DNA of 52,381 bases. Origin: an uncultured Eubacteriales bacterium. Its GTDB lineage: Bacteria; Bacillota; Clostridia; Oscillospirales; CAG-272. How positions within the stretch are numbered: position 1 is the first letter of the stretch; each line of letters begins with the position of its first letter. The stretch is taken from positions 1 through 52,381 of the forward strand of contig CAJLCI010000013.1 of assembly GCA_905205065.1 (NCBI GenBank), in the 5' to 3' direction. The position numbers and the translations under genes are program-made. The notes under the pieces were generated by a model. That model searched no databases. It saw only the letters and a list, made by a program, of their open reading frames with translations, and was not told the DNA's origin. Shown in pieces: positions 36,633 to 44,768 of the stretch.

Positions 36633-37805
36633 TCAAAAATAGCTGACTTTAATTCGCTTTCCCATTTTTTTCAGACAGTCAGACAGCTCTTGAATAAGCT
36701 GCATTTTTATATTGAAATTTATTGGAAGATTGGGATTCTGATGAGCCGGGTTTACCGCCTTTCCAACATAAAAGTTAATGTCGGTTGCCTCCTCGAAAAG
36801 CAGACGGGCAATCATGGAAGCGCCGTCCCTCTTATATCCCCATTGAGAGTATGACTCATTATCCTCGAGATAGTCCTTAGCATACGACAGAACCTTATTA
36901 ATTGTTATTACTCCCTCGGTAACCAAATCGACTCCCTCGATTTTTGCAATAGGCGGAATTTCAGGATCGGGAAAATCAATTGACGGAACAAGAGGCTTTC
37001 CGAGATATTCGGCCGCAATAGTTGACGTTGTGCCTCCGCATACGATGTGCTTGCCCTCCTTTGAAAAGAAGAGCGCCATCATCTTATTACAGTCATCGCG
37101 GTTTGACGGAGGACCGATAATCAAATTCATCGGTTCGCGTTTGCGGATTCTTACCGTACAGGCTGTTGTATCATCTCCCGGCTGTCCGCCGTATAGTTTA
37201 TAACATTCGTCGAGAAGGATTGTATTGAGCGTTTTTGCGGTAAAGCCAACCTGAAAGAAAGATTCCATAAATTCGATTATTTCGCTTCTGTCCCATCCGA
37301 AATTTAATTCCTGGCCAATGCTGGCATGAATACAGCCGTCGCTCATAGCGATGAAAATATCGTCTTCACAGAGCTTAATTGTCGAGCGTGAAATCTTTTT
37401 TCCGCAGATGTCTGAAATGGTCTGCGGGTAATCGTAATTTTGACCGTTTCTCAGAAGTATTACATCGGGGTTGTCATACTGAATAATGTCCGCCTCGTCG
37501 TTATCGCGTATATATATGATTGTAAAAGTAGAATACGCTACTCCGCGAACAGAGCAGACAGGCAATGTCTGCGCCATGGTTTCCACACAGTCCTCAACTT
37601 TCATTCCCTGAGCCATCATTGTTGACAGAATTTTGGAGGTCAGTGTCGAAAGGATATTTGCCTTAACACCGCTACCGAGGCCGTCTGCAAGCACAATGAT
37701 CGTAGAGCCGTCATCTTTTTCGATGACCTGGATATTGTCTCCGCAAAGTTCTTCTCCGTATTTTATTAAACTGCGGTATCCTATATCGGCACATAGATTA
37801 TTCAT
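36633..37805 (-). CDS. PP2C/SpoIIE-family serine phosphatase with an uncharacterised roughly 190-aa C-terminal domain
   Basis: CGDNIQVIEKDDGSTIIVLADGLGSGVKANILS PP2C metal-site block. Start overlaps the stop of the upstream HydS-like gene. Confidence 0.6.
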   Translation of the reverse strand: MNNLCADIGYRSLIKYGEELCGDNIQVIEKDDGSTIIVLADGLGSGVKANILSTLTSKILSTMMAQGMKVEDCVETMAQTLPVCSVRGVAYSTFTIIYIRDNDEADIIQYDNPDVILLRNGQNYDYPQTISDICGKKISRSTIKLCEDDIFIAMSDGCIHASIGQELNFGWDRSEIIEFMESFFQVGFTAKTLNTILLDECYKLYGGQPGDDTTACTVRIRKREPMNLIIGPPSNRDDCNKMMALFFSKEGKHIVCGGTTSTIAAEYLGKPLVPSIDFPDPEIPPIAKIEGVDLVTEGVITINKVLSYAKDYLEDNESYSQWGYKRDGASMIARLLFEEATDINFYVGKAVNPAHQNPNLPINFNIKMQLIQELSDCLKKMGKRIKVSYF

Positions 37806-39474
37806 TGTTTATCGACTCCTTGAGCTTTGTAAGCGCAATTTTGGTTTCAGCGGCTGTTTCACCGAGAAGAGACGCAATTTCCTGTACAACACGCATTTGC
37901 TTATCGATTACCTTATCGGTTGTTTCAACGGTCTGACGCGCAATTGCATCCTTCTTTTCCCGTTCTGTCTCCTCGTCGGTTACGTCCCTCATAATGCAGA
38001 TAAGTAAATGATAATTTTTGTCGTATGTGATTGTTTCATCTACGTATTTTTTATATTCTGCCAGATATGTTCGCTTGTTCATGACCGGACGGCCGGACTG
38101 CTGAACAGAAAGAAAGTCTTTGCAGTCAAGAATCCTTATTGCCGGTTCACCGAGTACATGCGAATCGCTTGCGATATTCATTAGTTTCAGAGCGGCTCCG
38201 TTGATTTGCTGAACTTCAAGGCTGTCATTAAGCACAATAATTGCATTCGGAGTATTATTTATGATATTGTCTGAAAAACGCTCGGCACGGTCGTTAAGAA
38301 ACGGGAGGCACATTGTAATCTCCGCTTTTCCCTGAAATACCGCAACGGCTTTTTCACGGCAGGAATTGTAGCCGCAGGAACCGCAGTTCAGCTCATGTTC
38401 CGGCATCGTCTTGCCCATCTGATGTAAAATGTCTTTGATTTCCGATTCGGTAGGAGTTTCATGGCTGCTTAGTATCGGCGGCATAAACTTTTTAATGTCC
38501 TGCTTCGGCAGTTCAGGTGCGGGAAAGTCATATTTTCCGGCGTAGGAGCTGATACATAGATAATCGCGTATAGGGGTACGATGATATTTTTCCATGACCG
38601 GACCGCCTGAGCAGCTTCCGATGCAGGCCGACATTTCTATAAAGCATTTATGCAGACCACCCTTTTCAATATCTTTAAGAGCGGCGATGCAATTTTCAAC
38701 TCCGTCAATCGCAAAATACGAATAATCCGGCATGTCGCACGACATTGTTTTTAATATGCCTCCGGTGGTGGGAAAGAAACGCGCCCGGCTTTCGGGGTTT
38801 TGATCTCTTTCCGATTTGATTTCGATTCCTTCTTCATTCAGCCACGCCGTCAGCTCTTCAAATGTTAGTACGGCGTCTACAATACCGCTGTAGGCATCCG
38901 CTTCGTCTTTTTTTGCAACACATGGTCCTATAAACACGGTTTTACATCCGGGATTTTGTTTTTTTATTTCAAGGCAGTGCGCCTGCATAGGAGATACTAC
39001 ATCTGCAAGATATTGAAGCTCTGACGGAAAATATTTTTGAATGAGAAGATTTATAGAGTGGCAGCAGGATGAGATGAGAATATCCCTTTTCTCTTCATGC
39101 AGAATTCGGTCATATTCACGTTTTACAATAGTCGCTCCGATTGCTGTTTCATCCACTCCGGCGAAGCCGAGCTTTTTAATAGCTTCCCGCATTGATTCGA
39201 TTCCAGCGCCCTCGTAATTTGCGGCAAAAGATGGTGCAAGACTTACAAATACCGGGGTGTCTCCAGATAAAAGAACCTTAACCTGTTCAACCGAGCTTAC
39301 AATCTGTTTGGCATTCTGCGGACAGACAACAAAACAGTGACCGCATAGAATACATTCTGCCCCGATAATATTTGCCTGCCCGCCGGAAAATCGAATTGAT
39401 TTTACAGGGCAGTTTCGAATACATTTATAACAGCTTTTACAGTTTGATTTTTTTAGCTTTAAAAAATCAGCCAT
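37798..39474 (-). CDS. hydS: Sensory-type [FeFe]-hydrogenase (HydS/HfsB-like) with a C-terminal PAS domain
   Basis: N-terminal 4Fe-4S motifs. H-cluster motifs L1 ISSCCHS, L2 FIGPCVAKKDE, L3 EMSACIGSCSGGP. C-terminal PAS-like block NTPNAIIVLNDSLEVQQINGAALKLMN. Confidence 0.65.
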   Translation of the reverse strand: MADFLKLKKSNCKSCYKCIRNCPVKSIRFSGGQANIIGAECILCGHCFVVCPQNAKQIVSSVEQVKVLLSGDTPVFVSLAPSFAANYEGAGIESMREAIKKLGFAGVDETAIGATIVKREYDRILHEEKRDILISSCCHSINLLIQKYFPSELQYLADVVSPMQAHCLEIKKQNPGCKTVFIGPCVAKKDEADAYSGIVDAVLTFEELTAWLNEEGIEIKSERDQNPESRARFFPTTGGILKTMSCDMPDYSYFAIDGVENCIAALKDIEKGGLHKCFIEMSACIGSCSGGPVMEKYHRTPIRDYLCISSYAGKYDFPAPELPKQDIKKFMPPILSSHETPTESEIKDILHQMGKTMPEHELNCGSCGYNSCREKAVAVFQGKAEITMCLPFLNDRAERFSDNIINNTPNAIIVLNDSLEVQQINGAALKLMNIASDSHVLGEPAIRILDCKDFLSVQQSGRPVMNKRTYLAEYKKYVDETITYDKNYHLLICIMRDVTDEETEREKKDAIARQTVETTDKVIDKQMRVVQEIASLLGETAAETKIALTKLKESINNE

Positions 39475-39555
39475 TGCGTTAACAGTTCCTTTCTGTAATT
39501 TCTCCGTATTGATTTCATGAAGCCTCGGAATGCGGCAGACGAGTAAATTTTATTC

Positions 39556-39795
39556 TTAAATGTTAGGCAGTACTTCACTGAAAAAGAACTCTTCGGTATT
39601 ATCTTCGTTAAGAGAATAAGGCTTACCGTCGAGTGTACAGCAAACTCCCTTCTGACAGTTACCCATGCAGAAGGTTCCGCACAGTATAATTTTGTCCTTG
39701 AGATTATGTTCGTCGACGAGCTTCTGCAATTTTTCTACAACCTGTCTTGAGCCTTTAAGATGACATGAGCTGCCGATACATACCGTAATTTTCAT
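39556..39795 (-). CDS. Thioredoxin-like [2Fe-2S] ferredoxin (HfsA/NuoE-like small subunit)
   Basis: 79 aa. Cys pattern C6, C11, C39, C43 (VCIGSSCHLKG...LCGTFCMGNCQ). RBS AAGGAG upstream. Confidence 0.55.
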   Translation of the reverse strand: MKITVCIGSSCHLKGSRQVVEKLQKLVDEHNLKDKIILCGTFCMGNCQKGVCCTLDGKPYSLNEDNTEEFFFSEVLPNI

Positions 39796-40117
39796 ATTGA
39801 CATTATCTCCTTTTATCTTTTGTATAATTTACTGTCGTAATAACGACTTTCTGATTCGGAAATCTTTTTTAAATATATATCAAGTCAATATATTAAGCAA
39901 AAAACTTTTAAAATGAACTATTTTGAAATGAGCTATGTAATGACGATGTGTTAATCTGACCGGAGGAAGCTTATGTTACCAATTACGACAGACTAATATT
40001 TATTTCTATTATTATTATAATCTTTTTACGTTTAATGTCAAGCTTCTTTTCGAATAGTCGCTGCAGGTATATATTAGGTGCTGATATATCTTTAGCAGTG
40101 TATGAGGCATAAAATTG

Positions 40118-40146
40118 TTGACAAAAGTTTATTTATAAAGTATAAT
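40118..40146 (+). promoter_or_regulatory. Perfect sigma-A consensus promoter (TTGACA, 17 nt, TATAAT) upstream of the zinc-ribbon gene
   Basis: TTGACA at 40118-40123 and TATAAT at 40141-40146. Confidence 0.6.
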
Positions 40147-40223
40147 CATACGCGAAAGCAACGCCGAAATTTCGGTATTTTACTGTATAACTATATATAT
40201 GATAATTAAACGGGTGAATTGTA

Positions 40224-41303
40224 TTGAATGCTGTAACCTATAAGTGTCCGTCATGCGCTTCTCCTCTTGAATTTTCAGGAGAAGAGCAGAAGCTTGTATG
40301 TCAGGCGTGCGGAAATGAGTATGAGCTTGAGGTTATCGAGGCTCTGAATGAGACTGATGAAAGTCAGAATTCCTGCCGTAAAGAATTTGACTGGGGCGAA
40401 ATGCGGCGCATGCGCTCGGAAGAAAATCTTGAAAATACGGTTAATTATGTATGTTCATCATGCGGTGCCGAAATAGTCACAGATATTGAAACCGCGGCTA
40501 CCAAGTGTCCGTACTGCGATAACGTTGTTGTTCTTTCAGATAAGCTGTCCGGAAATCTGCGTCCTAATGTAATAATACCTTTTAAAATAGACAGAGACGG
40601 AGTGTTGAATGCAGTTCATAAAATGTGCCGCGGAAAGCCTTTGCTGCCAAAGAACTTTATTGATGAAAATAAATTAAAGGAAATTCAGGGAATTTATGTT
40701 CCGTTCTGGTTATACGGCTGCAGGGCGGAAGGATCTATGACATATAATACTATCAAGGTTAGGACGTGGAGCACGGAAAAATATAATTTTACTGAAACTT
40801 CTCATTTCTTTGTAAAGCGGGAAGGGACGCTTGATTTTGAACGTATTCCGGTAGACGGAAGTTTGCGTATGGATAATGCGCTTATGGATTCGATTGAGCC
40901 TTTTGACTGGAAAGATCTTTGTGGCTTTGATTCTAAATATCTTTCCGGTTTTGTCGCAGACCGCTATAATGATGATGCGGATGCTAATCTTCCCCGCGCG
41001 AGCGAAAGGGTTGAAACAAGCGCGGAACAATTTTTCCGCTCAACTGTTAGAGGATATGCGAGCGTTTCAAAACGCAGTGAAAAAATTCAGCTTTCAAATA
41101 CAAGTGTCAAATATGCTATGCTTCCGGTATACCTTATAAAAACAAAATATAACGGAAAGGAATACACATATGCGATGAACGGACAGACCGGAAAGATTGT
41201 CGGGCAGCTTCCTGTTTCATGGGGAAGGCTCTGCGGGTGGTTTGCCGGAATTGCCGCATCGGTTACGCTTTTGTTATCCGTGCTGTCTTTGCTGTTATTT
41301 TGA
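40224..41303 (+). CDS. Double zinc-ribbon protein with a central uncharacterised domain and a C-terminal TM anchor. TTG start
   Basis: CPSCASP...CQACG and CSSCGAE...CPYCD ribbons. C-terminal hydrophobic helix. TTG start with RBS GGGTGA. Confidence 0.45.
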   Translation: MNAVTYKCPSCASPLEFSGEEQKLVCQACGNEYELEVIEALNETDESQNSCRKEFDWGEMRRMRSEENLENTVNYVCSSCGAEIVTDIETAATKCPYCDNVVVLSDKLSGNLRPNVIIPFKIDRDGVLNAVHKMCRGKPLLPKNFIDENKLKEIQGIYVPFWLYGCRAEGSMTYNTIKVRTWSTEKYNFTETSHFFVKREGTLDFERIPVDGSLRMDNALMDSIEPFDWKDLCGFDSKYLSGFVADRYNDDADANLPRASERVETSAEQFFRSTVRGYASVSKRSEKIQLSNTSVKYAMLPVYLIKTKYNGKEYTYAMNGQTGKIVGQLPVSWGRLCGWFAGIAASVTLLLSVLSLLLF

Positions 41304-41335
41304 TTCAGGTTTGAAATCTCAGAGGAATATATTCT

Positions 41336-42142
41336 ATGAATAGTGTTTTAAAAAATATTTCGGTTTTTGCGGCGGCTGTGTTGGTTTCTGTTCCTGTTCA
41401 GACGTATTTTAGTTTGGGTGCATATACTGAGTTTCACGATCCTGACGCTCCGAGACTTGTAGATAATGCCGGCGTATTGTCTGAAAATGAGGAGGATTCG
41501 CTTCTTGACAGTATGACTGCTCTTTCCGATAAATACGGAACTGATGTAATAATTGTAACTACTGTAAATACCGGCGGAAAAAGCAACCGTGATTACGCCG
41601 ATGATTTTTACGATTACGGCGGTTATGGTTTAGGAGCGGGGTATGATGGTATTTTACTTCTTGTGAATTTTGGTTCCGGAAGAGGCTGGTATATATCTAC
41701 ATACGGAAGCGCAATCGATGACTTTTCCGACGCTGATATTGAAAAGATAGGGGATAATATTAAGACGTATCTTAGCGGCGGTGAATATTTTGCTGCTTTT
41801 AATAAATATCTTGACATGATCGAGTACCCTCTTTCCGGAAAAGCTTTGCCACGAAAGACATCTGAGACTTTCTTTTATATAGGAGTATGTTTTGTAGTCG
41901 GCCTTGTGACTGCATTTGTTTCAACTTCGGTAATGCGTTCTAAAATGAATCCGGTTAAGTGTTCGTCGGCTGCAAACAATTCGGTGGTTAACGGGAGTTT
42001 TAACCTGACCGGATCTGGAGACTATTTTCTCTATAAAACAGTTACTAAAACGGCGAGACCCAAACCGGCTTTTTCCAGTGGGAGTTCGGTTCATAAGTCC
42101 TCAAGCGGCAGAAGTCATGGGGGCGGAGGAGGAAAATTTTAG
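41336..42142 (+). CDS. TPM-domain (TLP18.3/Psb32/MOLO-1, YgcG-like) membrane protein with a Gly/Ser-rich C-terminal tail
   Basis: Signal/TM helix. TPM blocks VDNAGVLSENEEDSLLDSMTALSDKYGTDVIIVTT and GILLLVNFGSGRGWYISTYG. A second TM. SSGRSHGGGGGKF tail. Confidence 0.6.
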   Translation: MNSVLKNISVFAAAVLVSVPVQTYFSLGAYTEFHDPDAPRLVDNAGVLSENEEDSLLDSMTALSDKYGTDVIIVTTVNTGGKSNRDYADDFYDYGGYGLGAGYDGILLLVNFGSGRGWYISTYGSAIDDFSDADIEKIGDNIKTYLSGGEYFAAFNKYLDMIEYPLSGKALPRKTSETFFYIGVCFVVGLVTAFVSTSVMRSKMNPVKCSSAANNSVVNGSFNLTGSGDYFLYKTVTKTARPKPAFSSGSSVHKSSSGRSHGGGGGKF

Positions 42143-42166
42143 ATATGTACGAAAGGTGTGATTGTA

Positions 42167-43453
42167 ATGGGATTAATTAAGGCATTTACCGGTGCTGTGG
42201 GGGGAACCCTTGCCGATCAGTGGAAAGAGTTTTTCAGCTGCGATGCTCTTGATAAGGAAGTATTGGCGGTCAGAGGACAAAAACAGGTTTCTTCAAGAGG
42301 AGCAAATAAAAAGGGAAACGACAATGTTATTACGAGCGGAAGCGGAATCGCCGTTGCAGACGGTCAGTGCATGATGATTGTCGAACAGGGTAAAATTGTT
42401 GAGGTTTGTGCAGAGCCCGGAGAATATACATACAACGCTTCTACCGAGCCGTCTTTATTTGGCGGAAATCTGGAAGACAGTATTATGGAAACATTTCGCA
42501 CGATAGGAAAACGTTTCATGTACGGAGGTGATTCGGGAAAGGATCAGAGAGTTTATTATTTTAATACCAAAGAACTTATAGATAATAAGTTTGGTACGCC
42601 AAATCCGATTCCTTTCCGTATAGTAGATTCAAAAATCGATTTGGATGTCGATGTATCGGTACGCTGTTCGGGAGTATATTCCTACAGAATATCAAACCCT
42701 CTTCTTTTTTATACAAATGTGTGCGGAAATATTGAAGAAGAATATACAAGGCAAGAAATCGACGCTCAGCTGAAGTCTGAATTTATAAGCGCCCTTCAGC
42801 CCGCTTTCAGCAGGCTTTCAGATCTTGAAATCAGGCCTAATCAGATTGTAGCCCATAATACAGAGCTTGAGCAGGCGATGAACAGCGCGCTGTCCGAAAA
42901 GTGGAGAGAACTGCGCGGCCTTGAGGTAGTTTCAGTTGCGTTAAATTCTGTTACTCTTCCGGATGAAGACTTGGAGATGATAAAGCAGCTTCAGAAAACT
43001 GCTGTACTCCGTAATCCTTCGATGGGCGCCGCTACGCTTATAGGCGCACAGGCGCAAGCAATGCAGGATGCGGCAAAAAATTCAGGCGGAGCAATGTCTG
43101 GTTTCATGGGTATGGGTTTTGCATCGCAAAGCGGTACCTCGAATATTCAGGAGCTTTACGCGATGGATACTGCCCGTTCGTCACAAAATTCTTTGGAAGA
43201 ATGGAAATGTAGCTGCGGTGAAACATGCACAGGTAATTTTTGCTCTGTATGCGGAGCTGAAAAACCTAAGACATTGATTTGGAAATGTATGTGCGGAGCT
43301 TTGAATAAGGGAAAGTTTTGTACAGAATGCGGGGCTAAGAGACCTGTAGGCTCCATTGAAACTCGCTGTGTAAAATGCGGATGGAAACCGAAAGATTCTT
43401 CTGAGCATCCGAAATTTTGCCCGGAATGCGGTGAAGCTATTAAATATGTCTGA
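42167..43453 (+). CDS. SPFH/Band-7 family (PF13421-like) protein with four C-terminal zinc ribbons
   Basis: Start set at MGLIKAFTGAVGGTLADQWKE with RBS AAGGTG (the track ORF starts at 42158). C-terminal CSCGETCTGNFCSVCG, CMCGALNKGKFCTECG and CVKCGW...CPECG. Confidence 0.55.
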   Translation: MGLIKAFTGAVGGTLADQWKEFFSCDALDKEVLAVRGQKQVSSRGANKKGNDNVITSGSGIAVADGQCMMIVEQGKIVEVCAEPGEYTYNASTEPSLFGGNLEDSIMETFRTIGKRFMYGGDSGKDQRVYYFNTKELIDNKFGTPNPIPFRIVDSKIDLDVDVSVRCSGVYSYRISNPLLFYTNVCGNIEEEYTRQEIDAQLKSEFISALQPAFSRLSDLEIRPNQIVAHNTELEQAMNSALSEKWRELRGLEVVSVALNSVTLPDEDLEMIKQLQKTAVLRNPSMGAATLIGAQAQAMQDAAKNSGGAMSGFMGMGFASQSGTSNIQELYAMDTARSSQNSLEEWKCSCGETCTGNFCSVCGAEKPKTLIWKCMCGALNKGKFCTECGAKRPVGSIETRCVKCGWKPKDSSEHPKFCPECGEAIKYV

Positions 43454-43484
43454 TAGCTCTGACATATTTATAAAGATAGAATAA

Positions 43485-43540
43485 AGATATCCACACCATA
43501 ATTATCAGTTTATATGATAATTTGGTGTGGATATTTATAG
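43485..43540 (+). terminator. Long hairpin (ATATCCACACCA...TGGTGTGGATAT) after the SPFH gene. Probable terminator
   Basis: 12-bp perfect stem with a 24-nt loop, followed by TTATAG. The T-run is weak. Confidence 0.4.
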
Positions 43541-43683
43541 ATAAAGTGACGTTTTTCAGGTTAGTACCTATTATCGGAACTTTCATTAAAAGCTATCGCT
43601 TCTATTTAGTTAAAGACGGCATTTCCTACGTCTTTTGAAATACTTGCTGCCGAAATTGTCTCATAATACAATGGTTTTGTATT

Positions 43684-44565
43684 TTAATTCTTTTTGTCTG
43701 TTATTTTGAGATTTCTCTCTATTGTATTTTTTCCGCGCCATGCATATGCTCGTTCGGAAAAGTCCGGCTCGGACATGTTTTCAAGCTCTGAATACGTTAT
43801 ATTGAATGACAGTTTTTCCGAAAAAAAAGGAATTTCTGATAACTTTATTCCCTGATTCATAGGACAAACCTTTTGACATACATCGCAGCCCCATACTGTA
43901 CCCGTTGTTGAAATCAATTTCACTTCTGCTTCGGTTAAATTTCCTTTTTTCTGCGTAATTGCGGATAAACACTCATTTGGTGACGGACAGGCTTTAATGC
44001 ATTTTCCGCAATGCAGACATCCGGATATCATCGTTGACTTTTTCCCGTTTTCAGATGTTGTATCGGTGATAGAACGGCTTATTTTTCTGTATTTTTCTTC
44101 ATCGGCAGAAAAAAATATTTCTCCGATAAAAACATAACTGCCATAGTCAGGGGTTATCAGAAGATGATTATCGCCGAGGATACCAAGACCGGCACGAACA
44201 GCGGCATTGACTTCGTTGATCGGAGAGTGGTCTGAGAATCCATTGATACTAAATTCGGGAAATATTTTTTCCGTCTTTGCCTTAATGTTTTTAAACAGTT
44301 CTGAAAAAAATATATGATAGTCTCTCGGCGCGGCATAGACAGAAAGATTTCCTTTCGTATATTGAGCCGCTTTGCTTAAGTATGGTACGGTAAAAATCAG
44401 CGCGTGTGATGCATGCTCCGGCATCAGATAGCTTCTGTCGATTATGCAATCCGAGATATCAAGAATTGAAGCTGAAGAGCATCCTGCACTCTCAAGGATT
44501 GAACAGACATAGTTTACCGCTTCGCTGAAACGGTTTTTTTCTTCAGGCATGTATTTTGTATTCAT
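43684..44565 (-). CDS. queG: Epoxyqueuosine reductase QueG-like (DUF1730 plus 2x4Fe-4S)
   Basis: Start set at MNTKYMPEEK (the track ORF adds 49 codons). GLGILGDNHLLITPDYGSYVFIGEIF block. CLHCGKCIKACP and CDVCQKVCP ferredoxin motifs. Confidence 0.55.
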   Translation of the reverse strand: MNTKYMPEEKNRFSEAVNYVCSILESAGCSSASILDISDCIIDRSYLMPEHASHALIFTVPYLSKAAQYTKGNLSVYAAPRDYHIFFSELFKNIKAKTEKIFPEFSINGFSDHSPINEVNAAVRAGLGILGDNHLLITPDYGSYVFIGEIFFSADEEKYRKISRSITDTTSENGKKSTMISGCLHCGKCIKACPSPNECLSAITQKKGNLTEAEVKLISTTGTVWGCDVCQKVCPMNQGIKLSEIPFFSEKLSFNITYSELENMSEPDFSERAYAWRGKNTIERNLKITDKKN

Positions 44566-44768
44566 AGATATATTATAGCATCCGTTGTTGACAAAATCAA
44601 GCAGGTGATGTAAAATATATAATATATGTGGATTTGCATGCGGTATTTTAAACAATATTAAGTCTGAGCGAAATAAGCTTTGCAGCTCGGTATTTTTGAA
44701 AGAATATATCATTAAAACCGATAATATTGTCAGCTTTAAATTTTATTTTGGAAAGGAATAAATACAGG

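Noticed and set aside
43487-43534. DnaA-box cluster (ATATCCACA / TGTGGATAT) suggesting a replication origin
   Set aside because: Only two near-boxes are present, and they form the arms of a single hairpin downstream of a gene. There are no dnaA/dnaN genes and no AT-rich unwinding element. The terminator interpretation is preferred.
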